Assembly (NCBI GenBank): GCA_951406725.2
Contig: OX597815.1
Location: 69,502,001-69,566,000, forward strand
Length of the DNA stretch: 64,000 bases
Direction: 5' to 3'
From: Octopus vulgaris
Taxonomy: Eukaryota
A program made the translations under genes and the position numbers. Each line of letters opens with the position of its first letter. The stretch's first letter is position 1. This document shows, in pieces, positions 1 to 13,527 of the stretch. A model generated the notes under the pieces. The model saw only the letters and a program-made list of their open reading frames with translations. It was not told the DNA's origin and did not search any database.

Positions 1-93
1 AATCAACTTCTGTTGTTCAAATTCAAAATGGCTGACGAATAGCATCACGCTTGAAACTCATGAGTACCAACGAATTTGAATCAAACTGTTTTA

Positions 94-94
<1 letters not shown>

Positions 95-182
<88 letters not shown>

Positions 183-211
183 CCTACCTACCTACCTACC
201 TACCTACCTAC

Positions 212-260
<49 letters not shown>

Positions 261-305
261 CATCCATCCATCCATCCATCCATCCATCCATCCATCCATC
301 CATCC

Positions 306-381
<76 letters not shown>

Positions 382-430
382 GTCTGTCTATCTATCTATA
401 TCTATATCTATATCTATATCTATATATATA
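95..430. repeat. Compound tetranucleotide microsatellite (TATC/TACC/TCCA)n; representative of dozens of (TA)n, (CA)n, (TACA)n, (TAGA)n tracts across the window
   Basis: Directly visible perfect 4-mer arrays; explains the YLSI/HPSI ORFs. Confidence 0.98.
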
Positions 431-1229
431 TGCTCGTAGCTTAGTTTTTCTAATGCTCGTAGCTTAGTTTTTCCTTGGGGCTGGCCGGATCGGAGCGATC
501 TCAAGATTAATCAGCCGAAATTGCTACGATGATCCGGTTCTTGACTGAAGATTGAGGGCTTCGAATGTCCCGTCCGTGTTTTTTGTATCGTCTTCTAAGT
601 GTTTTGCGTTCTTGTCCCAGTTTGTACTTTTCTACATATAATAATTATATATATATACACACATACATATACCATCTACCTGTGTCGTTTTCCATTATGT
701 CTTGTCCTTATTCTATCTTCGTTTATCGCTTGTTTATGTTTTCGCCATCATCCTTTACGTTCGCTCACTTATTCCAGCAGTTTTTTGCTGTTGATGCTGC
801 CAGAACGAACAATCTTATCAGTAATGGCGGGAAATTGTGATGAATTTTGGCCGGTGACTACTGAGGGATGAGCATGTCCAAGTGATTTTTCATGTGTTCC
901 TTTACCGTCCTTCAGTGCAATTTGTTTTACTTATATGCATATGTATGATGATAATCTGATATCTGACATCAAGTATCAGATATCGTTTTGATAGAGGACT
1001 CTTAAACATGGTGAAGCTTCGATCAAGAAATCTCTTCAGTATCAAGCAAATCTCAGAACTCCAGTACGCCGATACAACGTGGCACTCAATCGCTTGTGAT
1101 TAGAACTGCAACAAGCTGTCAATAATTTCACCAATGTTTATCGCCGTAAATAATCGAAAATATCAAGTCCTCACATAACCAGCCCCGAATTTTGCCTTTC
1201 CGGACTTTAACATCATTATTTTGGTAACA

Positions 1230-1790
1230 TCACTGAAGCAATTAATCATTTTGTATACCTTGGAAGTATGCTCTCCGTCAAATGCAATTCTAAGAAAGAT
1301 GTGCAACGAATCGGATTAGCTTATTCAGCTGTCGGTAAACTAACAGAAGCGTGTTTTTAAAAACAAAGACTTAACTTTGAAGACGAAGATTATGGGCTAC
1401 AAAGCTACTGTTATATCCACGCACTTATATGGTTATGAAACCTGGACATTGTATCGCCGCGACATCAAAAAGCTTCAATGCTTTCATCAAGAGAAACTTC
1501 GCTCTCTCTCTTAAACTTCAAGTGGTTTGATTATTCTCCAATAACTCTGTGTTGGAAAGAGTGAATTGCCAAAACATCGAATCTCTAATTATCAAACATC
1601 GTTTTCTATGGGCGAGCTATGTCACCAGAATGAACGATGAACGACTTTCTCGTCAAACCTTAATGAACTGGCAATCGGGAAAAGACAGAGAGAAGCCCCT
1701 CTTCGACGCTACAAAAATCAGCTAAAGTCAATTCTGAAGCAGATCAATTTCGACTCCTGGCTTTTGAGACGACCGCAACCAATCACTTCG
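1230..1790 (+). pseudogene. Decayed RTE-clade LINE, RT C-terminal region
   Basis: Manual translation gives HFVYLGSML and LYGYETWTLYRRDIKKLQCFHQ, typical of RTE RT thumb regions; frameshifted. Confidence 0.75.
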
Positions 1791-1968
1791 ACCAATCACT
1801 ATGGCCAATGCAATAACGTGTTCTACGCGAGAATTGGCCTCGTTAGCTTTACTCGCCACCGGCATTAATGGTCCAAATATTCGTTCAGGAGGAGAAATCA
1901 ATCCCTGTATTCAAAAGACGGGCCAGTGACGACGATACATACATACATACATTGCATACACACACACG

Positions 1969-2009
<41 letters not shown>

Positions 2010-2557
2010 GTCACTAAAGTGATGGAGGGTGCTTACTAGCTTCCTTCGTCATTTTAGTGACCACTAAACATGTTGCCTTTCAGTTCTAAATTGCGAATAG
2101 CCACCTTAATAATTTATATATGTATAGATAAGACACCTATAACATCTACTGCACACACACACACACGCACACACACACACACACACAAACACAGACACAC
2201 ACACATTACGTGTGCATGTGTGTGTGTGTGTTTTCGTGTGCGCGTGAGTTTTGAATCCCAGAGAATAGAAATCAAAACACTGTGGACCGGGCGTCTGCAA
2301 CCCGTAAGTTGCATTAAAATCTTAGTTATTACAATTACTCTACTAGGACCATTGGGAAAGACATCAACAAAGGAACCACCGCCTTCTTCAATGACGTCAA
2401 TAGTCCTGATCAACCATTCATGAATTTTTGTATCACAAAATAAAAAATATTCGAGTAATTGACTCTATTTATTGGCAACAATAAATGTTTATTTAGACTT
2501 ATGTAGATATGTATACTCATATACGTTACGAATGCATAAATATATACATATATATAT

Positions 2558-2603
<46 letters not shown>

Positions 2604-2607
2604 GCAT

Positions 2608-2657
<50 letters not shown>

Positions 2658-3094
2658 CTCACACACACATATATATACACACACACATACATATACATAT
2701 ATATAAATGCACACATAAATATCCATATATACGTATGCACACACTTACGCATGCGCACGTAATGAATATACACACACTTACGCATGCGCACACAATGCAT
2801 ATGCACACGCACACATACACATACATATACGTGCGTAAATGCATACATACGTAATTGCATGTATATGCATACATGCAAACATACATATATACATGCATGC
2901 ACACATACATGCATGCGTGCATTCATACATACATACATACATTCATACATACATACATACATACATTCATACATACATACATACATACATACATACATAC
3001 ATACATAAACACGTACATTAATACGTGCACGCATGCATTCATACATACGTACATACAGACAACCAGAGCTGTTAGATGCAATACACTGGACGCA

Positions 3095-3330
3095 GTAACG
3101 CGACAAAATTGTCAGCACATCAGACGAAATGCTTAGCATCATTTCTTCAGCTCTGTACGTCCTGAGTTCAAATCCCGCCGAGGTCAACTTTTCCCTCCAT
3201 CTTTTGAGGTTGATAAAATAAAGTACCAGTCAAGTAATGGAGTCGATGTAATCGTCTTAAACTCTTCCTCTCACAAATTTCACTCTCTGTGACCATATCT
3301 GAAACAAGTGTTGAGGTACAATGTTTCCCA
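3095..3330 (+). mobile_element. SINE family 2 copy (tRNA-derived, CORE-like); related copies ~30727-30928(-), 32545-32750(-), 60395-60505(+), 60620-60810(-), 62840-63035(-)
   Basis: B-box-like gagttcaaatccc followed by ccgaggtcaacttt...gataaaataaagtaccagt, recurring in the listed copies. Confidence 0.75.
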
Positions 3331-3341
3331 TTTTTAGATTT

Positions 3342-3490
3342 TTCTTCTTCTTCTTCTTCTTCTTCTTCTTCTTCTTCTTCTTCTTCTTCTTCTTCTTCTT
3401 CTTCTTCTTCTTCTTCTTCTTCTTCTTCTTCTTCTTCTTCTCCTTCTTCTTCTCCTCCTCCTCCTCCTTCTTCTTCCTCTTCTTCTTCTT
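3342..3490. repeat. (TTC)n trinucleotide microsatellite
   Basis: Directly visible; source of the poly-E/K/S/F ORFs. Confidence 0.97.
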
Positions 3491-4125
3491 CTTTACTGTC
3501 TTCATCATCACCGTCGTCGTCATATTCCCTCATCTTCTCTCTACTCTTCCCTCTCTCTCCTTACATCCCTCTCCCTCTAGCTATTCTACCTCTCCCCTCT
3601 TACAATTCCGTCCACTCCTTCTTTTACCATACCAATTACCTTCCCTTATCGATTTTTCCCAAGTCATTCCTCTAACTGCATCTTTTTTTCTTTCCATTAC
3701 AATAATCATTCACTTCGTTCCCTTTCTTTTCTTTGCCAATGTCTTTTGCTGTTTTACACATCACTACCACCACCACCACCACCACCCCTCTCTCTCTCTC
3801 TCTCTGTAAATTTTACTATCTTTCTACTTCTCTGTTTCTCTTCCCCAATTTCTCCCTGCTCTCATTCGTCATCTCTCCCCGCTACTCCAGCTCAAGATTT
3901 ATTTTGCACGTCCAATCACCTCCACTTCCGACAGCTGTTTCTATTTGTGTTTGCGCGCGTGTGCGAATGTGTACGTGTGCGTGTGTGTGTGTATGTGTAT
4001 GTATGTGTGCGTGTGTGTGTAAGAGAGAGAGAGAGAGGGAAAGAAAAAGTATTTGCGTTTGTAACTGTTTACAAAGTATACACGAATGCGTTTACATACA
4101 CACACATACATACACACACACATAC

Positions 4126-4207
<82 letters not shown>

Positions 4208-4431
4208 ATATATATCTGCATCTCAATTTACAAATATATCTTTCCACATGAGCAGTCGCGTTCGCCTCCATAAGTTATATGTGTTTAAAAGGAGACGGTG
4301 TCCAAGTACGCACACACACACACACACACACAGACACAGACACACATGCATTACATACATTCGTACATACATTCATGCATTCGTACATACATACATACAT
4401 ACATACATACATACATACATACATACATACA

Positions 4432-4507
<76 letters not shown>

Positions 4508-4859
4508 CACAGACACACAAACGCACAAACACACACATACATACATACATATACACACTCAAACAAAAACTCACACACGTTAATACATACATAAACGCAC
4601 ATGTATGCGTGTGTGAGATGGAGTGATACAAAAGACAAGACAGAAGAGGATGGAAGAGAACACGAATAAATGCGTACTTAGTCACATACTCACTCACACT
4701 CACACACACATACACACACACAGAGACAATAACACAATTGGTAAAATATATACATGTAGTAGACAATAGCCAGAGACTGATTGCTACGAATGCAGCTTAT
4801 ATCTTTGTATTATATAGCTATTGGCTTCGTACTACAACACCAAGTCTAAGTAATATCAC

Positions 4860-4938
<79 letters not shown>

Positions 4939-4945
4939 ACACGCA

Positions 4946-5021
<76 letters not shown>

Positions 5022-5022
5022 G

Positions 5023-5200
5023 TTAAACACATGTCCGGTCATAGAGTGACCAGGGGTTTCGCAACCATAACGCACTTAGCTTCATAGATGACTCGTCAGA
5101 TTGTAATGCTGGAGGGTAATATGCTTTCCGCCATTAGAGTCTAACTAGTTGTCTATGGATGCGAAACCATTGGTCACTCTATGACCGGATATATGTTTAA
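5023..5200. repeat. Small fold-back (arms ~5023-5067 / 5153-5200) with degenerate minus-strand hammerhead remnant
   Basis: ttaaacacatgtccggtcatagagtgacca..gtttcgca is inverted as tgcgaaaccattggtcactctatgaccggatatatgtttaa; CTGACGA on the minus strand in the loop (~5093-5099). Confidence 0.7.
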
Positions 5201-5272
5201 GTGTATGCAAATACATTACTACTCTATTCTTTAAATTGTGCTTCTTTTTCGGATATACGATCCACTGACGGC

Positions 5273-5306
<34 letters not shown>

Positions 5307-5314
5307 ATCATAGA

Positions 5315-5354
<40 letters not shown>

Positions 5355-5407
5355 ATAAAACGGTAAGATAACAAAAGAAAGAAAGAGACCTCATATATCG
5401 GTAGTCA

Positions 5408-5470
5408 AGATAAAACTCTGAGTTTCAGATGCCGAAGTGGAAATCCACAACACCATCTCTTCGGTTATCT
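5408..5470 (-). ncRNA. Type I hammerhead-like motif (CCGAAGA core variant) in family A 3' pLTR
   Basis: Reverse complement of 9141-9203. Confidence 0.7.
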
Positions 5471-5662
5471 GGCTATTTGAAAACGTTATGAAAAAACCGT
5501 TAAAAATGAAGGGAAATTACTCTGTTATAACTCTGCTTTGCCTGCGTACTTATACATCGCTCGCATTTTTCGTCATAAAAATTATATAAAAATACATAAA
5601 AATATATAAAAATATATAAAAATATATAAAATCTTCTTGGGACATAACACAGAAAGCATGTT

Positions 5663-7303
5663 CTATCCGTTTTCTTTAGGGGACCAAAAACGTAACAGAA
5701 ATTTAGTCACATGTGGGCATGATCCGAAAAGTTCTGTCCTTGTATTTAGACATGTGGTAGGGTCTAAGCTGCTTTTCCAGATAAGCCATCTCTCCATGTC
5801 GCATAAACCGCACCTTCCGCTGCCGTTAGTATAGGGCTTACATCTGGCCAAAATCTTCCATTGTATGTTATAATCGACACCTTTATCTCTTAAAGACCAA
5901 ATATGATTGGATAATTGTGTCGCTTTTCTTTTGTTCCAGTGCCTAAAGCTCAAAGTGTGGTTATTGAACCTGGCCTTGAAATTACCCTCTGTCAGGCCCA
6001 CGTATTTCTTCGTCAAAACGGTGTCTTTAGTGGTTATAGAGTTTACGGTAGCTTCATATATGATGGTCTTGGACATGCAAGCTCCATTTAGCGGGCACAA
6101 TTCTTTATTCCTGCATGAACAGCTGTTTTCTTCTTGTGTTTTTTGTATGTTATGATTGATTATGTTTTTAAAATTGGTAGTTGAACTAAAACTAATTTTT
6201 AAATTGTGTCTATTGAAGAGTTTCCTATAAGCATGGTTAACTGGAAAATGTCTATCTATCAGTGCTAGGAAATATTTACCTATATTGAAGGCCACCTCGG
6301 GTGAGTAAGGGGGCGTAAACCAGATGACCTTCCTATTTCTATTATTCCTTTTCCTTATTGTTGGGCTGGTGATAGGTGTATATTTTATTTTTTCGCTAAA
6401 ACCACTATCTTTTAAAGCTTTATTATAAACTGGGGCAACGCTATTGAAGATGTCCTCATTAGATGAGAGGCTAGAAATCCTCTTACTAATATTTTTAACT
6501 AAATTTTTGAATACTATAGGGGGATGGCATGAACCTACATTAATATAACTTAGTCTATCATTGGGCTTCCTATAAGGCTTATAAATATTATTATTAAGAT
6601 CTAAGGAAACGTCTAAGAAATTGACAACCGTCAGGTTAGTGTCTATAGTTATACTAAGTCCGAAGTGTTTCATTAACTGGATAATATCCTTCCTAAAACG
6701 ATCTTGTGCTGGTCCATTTGTATTAGCTGTTAAGGCGAGGGCATCATCTTTGTAGATGGCGAAATGTACGTTAGGGAATGTCTTACTGAAGGTATCTAGG
6801 AGAAAGAGTCCAATTAGATCACAGATGCCTGCCCCATGATATGAACCCATGCTCACATCGAAAGCGCCCTCCGTGTCGGTGTTTTTTACCCACTTTGCAT
6901 TCTCACTGAAAAGTAATGTCTTTCTAGCATGGAAGATTATATCCTTATCATTGGTACTAATTTCTATGAAGTCACTAGCGAAGATTAGGGCTTTATCTAG
7001 CAGTTCTTTAGAGATAGAAGCATAAAAATCAACAACATCGAATTGTGTAAACCTCGCTTTTTTCTTATTCTTAATAGCTTTAAACCAGTCTACGACTTCT
7101 ATACTATTGGACCATTGCACTAGCCTAGTATCGGTCTTAATTTTCGTATTTATTTTATCTAAAATTTCTTTGCTAATAATCCCTAGTTCTGACTTGGCTG
7201 GGTTGATAAGCCTACATTTAGGATTGGAAAGGAAGTTTTCTTTGTGGTCTTTAATAGTAATAAAGGCCTCTTTTTGGGGGAGGGTTTCTATTTTTTTATC
7301 TAA
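5663..7303 (-). CDS. PLE reverse transcriptase + GIY-YIG endonuclease (5'-truncated, frame open to the fold point)
   Basis: RT motifs QFDVVDFYASI, MGS, IYKDD, NFLDV; linker CSCRNKELCPLNGAC (CxCx5Cx5C); IIY..KYVG..R, CGLC..E..N; ORF track 5663..7120. Confidence 0.93.
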   Translation of the reverse strand, partial: LDKKIETLPQKEAFITIKDHKENFLSNPKCRLINPAKSELGIISKEILDKINTKIKTDTRLVQWSNSIEVVDWFKAIKNKKKARFTQFDVVDFYASISKELLDKALIFASDFIEISTNDKDIIFHARKTLLFSENAKWVKNTDTEGAFDVSMGSYHGAGICDLIGLFLLDTFSKTFPNVHFAIYKDDALALTANTNGPAQDRFRKDIIQLMKHFGLSITIDTNLTVVNFLDVSLDLNNNIYKPYRKPNDRLSYINVGSCHPPIVFKNLVKNISKRISSLSSNEDIFNSVAPVYNKALKDSGFSEKIKYTPITSPTIRKRNNRNRKVIWFTPPYSPEVAFNIGKYFLALIDRHFPVNHAYRKLFNRHNLKISFSSTTNFKNIINHNIQKTQEENSCSCRNKELCPLNGACMSKTIIYEATVNSITTKDTVLTKKYVGLTEGNFKARFNNHTLSFRHWNKRKATQLSNHIWSLRDKGVDYNIQWKILARCKPYTNGSGRCGLCDMERWLIWKSSLDPTTCLNTRTELFGSCPHVTKFLLRFWSPKENG

Positions 7304-7310
7304 ACTTAAA

Positions 7311-8948
7311 TTAGATAAAAAAATAGAAACCCTCCCCTAAAAAGAGGCCTTTATTACTATTAAAGACCACAAAGAAAACTTCCTTTCCAATCCTAAATGT
7401 AGGCTTATCAACCCAGCCAAGTCAGAACTAGGGATTATTAGCAAAGAAATTTTAGATAAAATAAATACGAAAATTAAGACCGATACTAGGCTAGTGCAAT
7501 GGTCCAATAGTATAGAAGTCGTAGACTGGTTTAAAGCTATTAAGAATAAGAAAAAAGCGAGGTTTACACAATTCGATATTGTTGATTTTTATGCTTCTAT
7601 CTCTAAAGAACTGCTAGATAAAGCCCTAATCTTCGCTAGTGACTTCATAGAAATTAGTACCAATGATAAGGATATAATCTTCCATGCTAGAAAGACATTA
7701 CTTTTCAGTGAGAATGCAAAGTGGGTAAAAAACACCGACACGGAGGGCGCTTTCGATGTGAGCATGGGTTCATATGATGGGGCAGGCATCTGTGATCTAA
7801 TTGGACTCTTTCTCCTAGATACCTTCAGTAAGACATTCCCTAACGTACATTTCGCCATCTACAAAGATGATGCCCTCGCCTTAACAGCTAATACAAATGG
7901 ACCAGCACAAGATCGTTTTAGGAAGGATATTATCCAGTTAATGAAACACTTCGGACTTAGTATAACTATAGACACTAACCTGACGGTTGTCAATTTCTTA
8001 GACGTTTCCTTAGATCTTAATAATAATATTTATAAGCCTTATAGGAAGCCCAATGATAGACTAAGTTATATTAATGTAGGTTCATGCCATCCCCCTATAG
8101 TATTCAAAAATTTAGTTAAAAATATTAGTAAGAGGATTTCTAGCCTCTCATCTAATGAGGACATCTTCAATAGCGTTGCCCCAGTTTATAATAAAGCTTT
8201 AAAAGATAGTGGTTTTAGCGAAAAATAAAATATACACCTATCACCAGCCCAACAATAAGGAAAAGGAATAATAGAAATAGGAAGGTCATCTGGTTTACGC
8301 CCCCTTACTCACCCGAGGTGGCCTTCAATATAGGTAAATATTTCTAGCACTGATAGATAGACATTTTCCAGTTAACCATGCTTATAGGAAACTCTTCAAT
8401 AGACACAATTTAAAAATTAGTTTTAGTTCAACTACCAATTTTAAAAACATAATCAATCATAACATACAAAAAACACAAGAAGAAAACAGCTGTTCATGCA
8501 GGAATAAAGAATTGTGCCCGCTAAATGGAGCTTGCATGTCCAAGACCATCATATATGAAGCTACCGTAAACTCTATAACCACTAAAGACACCGTTTTGAC
8601 GAAGAAATACGTGGGCCTGACAGAGGGTAATTTCAAGGCCAGGTTCAATAACCACACTTTGAGCTTTAGGCACTGGAACAAAGAAAAGCGACACAATTAT
8701 CCAATCATATTTGGTCTTTAAGAGATAAAGGTGTCGATTATAACATACAATGGAAGATTTTGGCCAGATGTAAGCCCTATACTAACGGCAGCGGAAGGTG
8801 CGGTTTATGCGACATGGAGAGATGGCTTATCTGGAAAAGCAGCTTAGACCCTACCACATGTCTAAATACAAGGACAGAACTTTTCGGATCATGCCCACAT
8901 GTGACTAAATTTCTGTTACGTTTTTGGTCCCCTAAAGAAAACGGATAG
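7311..8948 (+). pseudogene. PLE RT + GIY-YIG, frameshifted mirror copy
   Basis: Same protein split into ORFs 7494..8228, 8512..8721 and 8760..8948 by 1-nt deletions, plus a premature TAA near 7338. Confidence 0.92.
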
Positions 8949-9140
8949 AACATGCTTTCTGTGTTATGTCCCAAGAAGATTTTATATATTTTTATATATT
9001 TTTATATATTTTTATGTATTTTTATATAATTTTTATGACGAAAAATGCGAGCGATGTATAAGTACGCAGGCAAAGCAGAGTTATAACAGAGTAATTTCCC
9101 TTCATTTTTAACGGTTTTTTCATAACGTTTTCAAATAGCC

Positions 9141-9203
9141 AGATAACCGAAGAGATGGTGTTGTGGATTTCCACTTCGGCATCTGAAACTCAGAGTTTTA
9201 TCT
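9141..9203 (+). ncRNA. Type I hammerhead-like motif (CCGAAGA core variant) in family A 3' pLTR
   Basis: Stem I AGATAA/TTATCT; CCGAAGA; stem II GATG..CATC plus an extra T; GAAAC; palindromic stem III ACTC-a-GAGT; cleavage triplet GTT. Confidence 0.7.
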
Positions 9204-9231
9204 TGACTACCAGTAATGTAACATATTGTAT

Positions 9232-9291
<60 letters not shown>

Positions 9292-9897
9292 ACATACATA
9301 CATACATACATACATACATACATACATACATACATACATACATACATACATACATACATACATACATACATACATACATACATACACACATACACAGTGG
9401 AAGTCAACTCGTGAAGGAGTAAGACCATTTGGTATATTTGCAAGTCCATGCAAATATTCCAAGATGCCAAGAAGATTTGTGTATGGATTTGGTTTGAGTG
9501 GATAACGTGTTGCACAGAAGTCAGTGCAATCAGTTACACATGCAGTGGCACAACAGAGGCTGAGACGACCAGAAATCAACAGCTCTTCAGGGTTTTTTTT
9601 TAATGCGAGTTCACCTTCTCTTAGAAGGAAGTTCTAATGATAACTAGGGGTCCTTCACTCCCAGTAGTTCACATGCTAGTTAACTAGAAGCTGGGCCCCT
9701 AACAGGTTCCAGTACTCCAGGTAATAGTAGACCTAGGAACAATAGTGGCTAAGTCATGGTTGCACACTCTTGAAAACCCTGGAACCCCCGTACTAGCGCC
9801 CCACTACCGGGTGCAATTATTCAGGAAACACACACATACACACATACATTCGTACATATATACATACATTCGTGCATATATACATACATACATTACA

Positions 9898-9928
<31 letters not shown>

Positions 9929-9994
9929 CATACATACATACATACACAAGAACCTATAGTATGGTAGAAACCATACCCACTCATAATAAAAAGA

Positions 9995-10370
9995 AATACT
10001 GATGGAATGTCTCTGTGAAATCCTCAATAAAATGTAAATAATAGATCTGACATAGTAATCTTGGATAGAGAAGAGAAACTGAATGCAGTTGTGGAAATCA
10101 ACGAATGTTAGCATAAAGGCAAAGATCAGCGAAAAAGAAAATATCTACGCTGAACTATTGATGAATCTACAGTTGTTCTATCCAGATTACAAGTTCAAAT
10201 TTATACCTGTAATTATTTGGGGCACTGAGATATGTAACACTCTGCCTAAGTACCAACTTTGAGAAATTAGGCTTCTCAAAACCAAGGAGAAAGCTGATTC
10301 GAAGGCAACAGATCCAAGCCATCACTGGAACTGTAAAAATCCATAAAACTTACCAGAAGTTTATTATTTT
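9995..10370 (+). pseudogene. Decayed restriction-like endonuclease (RLE) domain of an R4/NeSL-type non-LTR element
   Basis: Manual translation RSDIVILDREEKLNAVVEI...KENIYAEL...FIPVII-GAL resembles RPDIV..E..K..Y RLE motif. Confidence 0.65.
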
Positions 10371-10582
10371 AGTGAATATGAGCATGTCTAGGCATACATA
10401 CATAAAACAAGACATACAAATTTGCACATATACATACATACATCAACACATACATACATAGATACATAGATACATACATACATACATACATACATAGATA
10501 CATAGATACATACATACATGCATACATACATGCATGCATACATACATACATACATGCATACATACATACATACATACATACA

Positions 10583-10616
<34 letters not shown>

Positions 10617-10807
10617 CATACATACATACATACATACATAAAAAATACCCTGTTGATGTTGAAATTCCAACGAAGGAGCCTCGCATCTAGATTAGAAACT
10701 GACTCTTTCTCTATTGGCAAAAAATCTTGAAATAAAATTGAATGATGACAAACAAACAAACAAACATACATACATACATACATGCATACATACATACATA
10801 CATACAT

Positions 10808-10838
<31 letters not shown>

Positions 10839-11229
10839 TACACATACATACATACATACATACATACATACATACATACATACATACATACATACATACA
10901 TACATAGTGCTAGTCAGCTCCAGTTCAAAGCTTGAATACTTCTTGTTTGGTGTGTGTTTTCCGCGCATGTGCACGTAAATAGCTTTTGAGTCCTAGGAGC
11001 TGTTTGAAATTTGCATTACGCTACGTCGCACCTCAAGTGGTACAGTGTTGTTTGTCTTGTCTGGTTTGTGAATGTTTAAATGAAGAAGCTGTTGCAAGTG
11101 GCAGAGGAAGGAACAGTCTAAAAGATGCAGGAGAGAGTTGGCAAGGGCGGGCTCAGGGTGATAAACAAAGGGAAAATGAAAGAGTACGAAACCTTTTACA
11201 TCATCCTTTTAAAAATCATCAGTGAAGAT

Positions 11230-12560
11230 CGTTCCTCCGCCGTCGGATTCTTGTCAGAGAAATTGAAAATACCCTTAAGCTGATGAAAGCAGACAAAGTT
11301 CAAGGAAAAGATGGCATAACAACAGGGACATTAAAGCGCAAAGGTGAAGAACTGTGGAAAATCCTCATTGCTGTGGAAAGAGGTGAATACCATCTTGCTT
11401 TATAAAAAAAGGTGATAAATATTGAAAAAAAACAAACCTATCGATCCATATGTCTGAAAGTTGTTTAAAAAGGGCATGGTCACCAGACTATCTAAACATC
11501 TCGATAACCAGCAGCCATGGGAGCAAGCAGGTTTCCGTATGAACTACAGTATGATCGATCACATGTTCGTTATAACACGGTTTATAGAACGAAAGAAAGT
11601 ATATAAGTGGTGCCTCCCTTTTGTCGATTATGAAAAGCTTTGGATAGCGTCGAGATGATCTCACTGCTGAAATCTCTAGAATTGTAAGGTGTCAATGTAC
11701 ATAATACACCAAACTGCTCAGGGATTTAAACTCTGGATGTACCACTGATATAGCTCTGCTATCTTCACCAGTAAGATTCCAATTGGAAAGAGCGTCGAAG
11801 AAGTAGATACTAATTTGACAAAACTCTTCAACGGATGTCTAGAAATTGTCATCAGAGACATTGACTGGACAGGTGGCGTGAACGTCAACAGCGAGCTTCT
11901 AACTTACCTCCGATTCACAGATGACATCACAATCGTTGCCGAAACCACAGATCAGCCGCAGATTATGCTGACAGAGCTAGACACCTATATTTCAGCAGAA
12001 GGCCTTGAAATAAACCGCATGGAAGCAAAATACATGAGTGCTGGAGACATAGTACAAGGTCGAATAGAAGTGGGAAGCGATGAAAGGAATACGTCTACGT
12101 AAAGGAATACGTCTACGTAGGGCATAGTGAATATGTGCTGAGATAAGCTGAAATCTCGAAGAGAATGAGACCAGGATAGAAGGCGTTTGCCTCAATAAAG
12201 GTTGTGCTCAAAGCAAAGATAGACAAGATCAGACGCGCCAGACACTTCAGCAACAACGTCCTACCTTTGCTCTTATAAGCAAGCGAGTCGTGGGCTATTA
12301 CGAAAAGGGAAGATTGGTTACAAAGCAAAGGTCTATGAAAAGATCCATACCAGGTGTATCAATGTGAGAGCATAACTGAAATGAAGCGGCAAAATACTGA
12401 AAGTGCTAGTTCCGCTGGGCCAGACATGTCTCTAGGTTCACAAACAACAAGTGGACCCTTATGGTATCCAAGAGATTGGAGAAAGCCACTGGGAAGGTTC
12501 AAACAACGATGGAAAGACGATTTCATTAAACGATTTGGAATCCATTGTGACTAGCGATGT
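11230..12560 (+). pseudogene. Decayed RTE-clade LINE reverse transcriptase
   Basis: QPWEQAGFR, FVDYEK, LRFTDDI, LLYASESWA and a PLGR..QRW tail in several frames. Confidence 0.85.
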
Positions 12561-12632
12561 ATAACAGCAGCTGATAGTCTGGTCGATACTGGGATACAGT
12601 GATCCCTCCCTCTCTCTCTGATGGCGAGGGAT

Positions 12633-12690
<58 letters not shown>

Positions 12691-12697
<7 letters not shown>

Positions 12698-13412
12698 TAA
12701 TTAAGGGTAGAAATTGATATTAGTCAATTAAAACCAGTGGTCTAGCATATTAAAAAGAATCCGAAGATTAAAATATTTATATATACCAATTAAGGACTGA
12801 ACACGAAAAGTGGACAGTCAACATGCTAGATATAGACGTCAAATCGCCATTCTCCACAAAGATTATGTTCTCAAATAAAATAAAGTTCAGCACAACCCAA
12901 AGCAATAAATAAGACAAATGAAAATATACGAAATGAAATAATCACCTGTGTACCGAACGGTTTCAGTTATTAATATCACAAGGATATCTGTAACTTCGTC
13001 AGCACAGTTTGTTATGAACATAATTTGCTGGACTAGATGCAAAAAAACGATACCGGAGTTTCGCATGCATAAAGTACAACCGATTAAGTTCGAATGTATC
13101 TTTCAAATGCCTTTACTTTTGGCGCGCTGAGACCCGAAAAACCAGCCTGCAGCTAATAATTAGCAGCAGTCAATTTATCGGTTTAAGAACATATATTTTA
13201 TTTGAGAACATAATCTTTGTGGAGAATGGCGATTTGACGTCTATATCTAGCATGTTGACTGTCCACTTTTCGTGTACAGTCCTTAATTGGTATATATAAA
13301 TATTTTAATCTTCGGATTCTTTTTAATATGCTAGACCACTGGTTTTAATTGTCTAATATCAATTTCTACCCTTAATTAATTTTTAATATAAAATATATGT
13401 TCTTAAAAACCG
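12691..13412 (-). mobile_element. Non-coding hammerhead-bearing element, copy 1 (with ~200 bp terminal inverted segments)
   Basis: ~12785-13165 is the reverse complement of ~14195-14578; 12691-12890 is inverted at 13195-13385; adjacent to (TA)n. Confidence 0.85.
12946..13007 (-). ncRNA. Canonical type I hammerhead ribozyme
   Basis: Exact reverse complement of 14352-14413. Confidence 0.88.
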
Positions 13413-13433
13413 CATTATTCATAGGCTGACCTA

Positions 13434-13527
<94 letters not shown>

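Larger units (their letters stand above)
5352..9235. mobile_element. Penelope-like element family A, head-to-head inverted dimer of two 5'-truncated copies inserted in (TA)n
   Basis: 5400-7303 is the near-perfect reverse complement of 7311-9211 with a 7-nt loop (acttaaa); both arms encode RT+GIY-YIG and end in the same 3' UTR; (TA)n on both flanks. Confidence 0.95.

Noticed and set aside
51-5075. Many ORFs rich in YI/HT/CV/YLSI/poly-E (here and throughout the window)
   Set aside because: Translations of stop-free microsatellites; no domain content
12948-13130. Identical 60 aa ORF in both HHR-element copies
   Set aside because: GTG start, antisense to the ribozyme, identity explained by recent duplication
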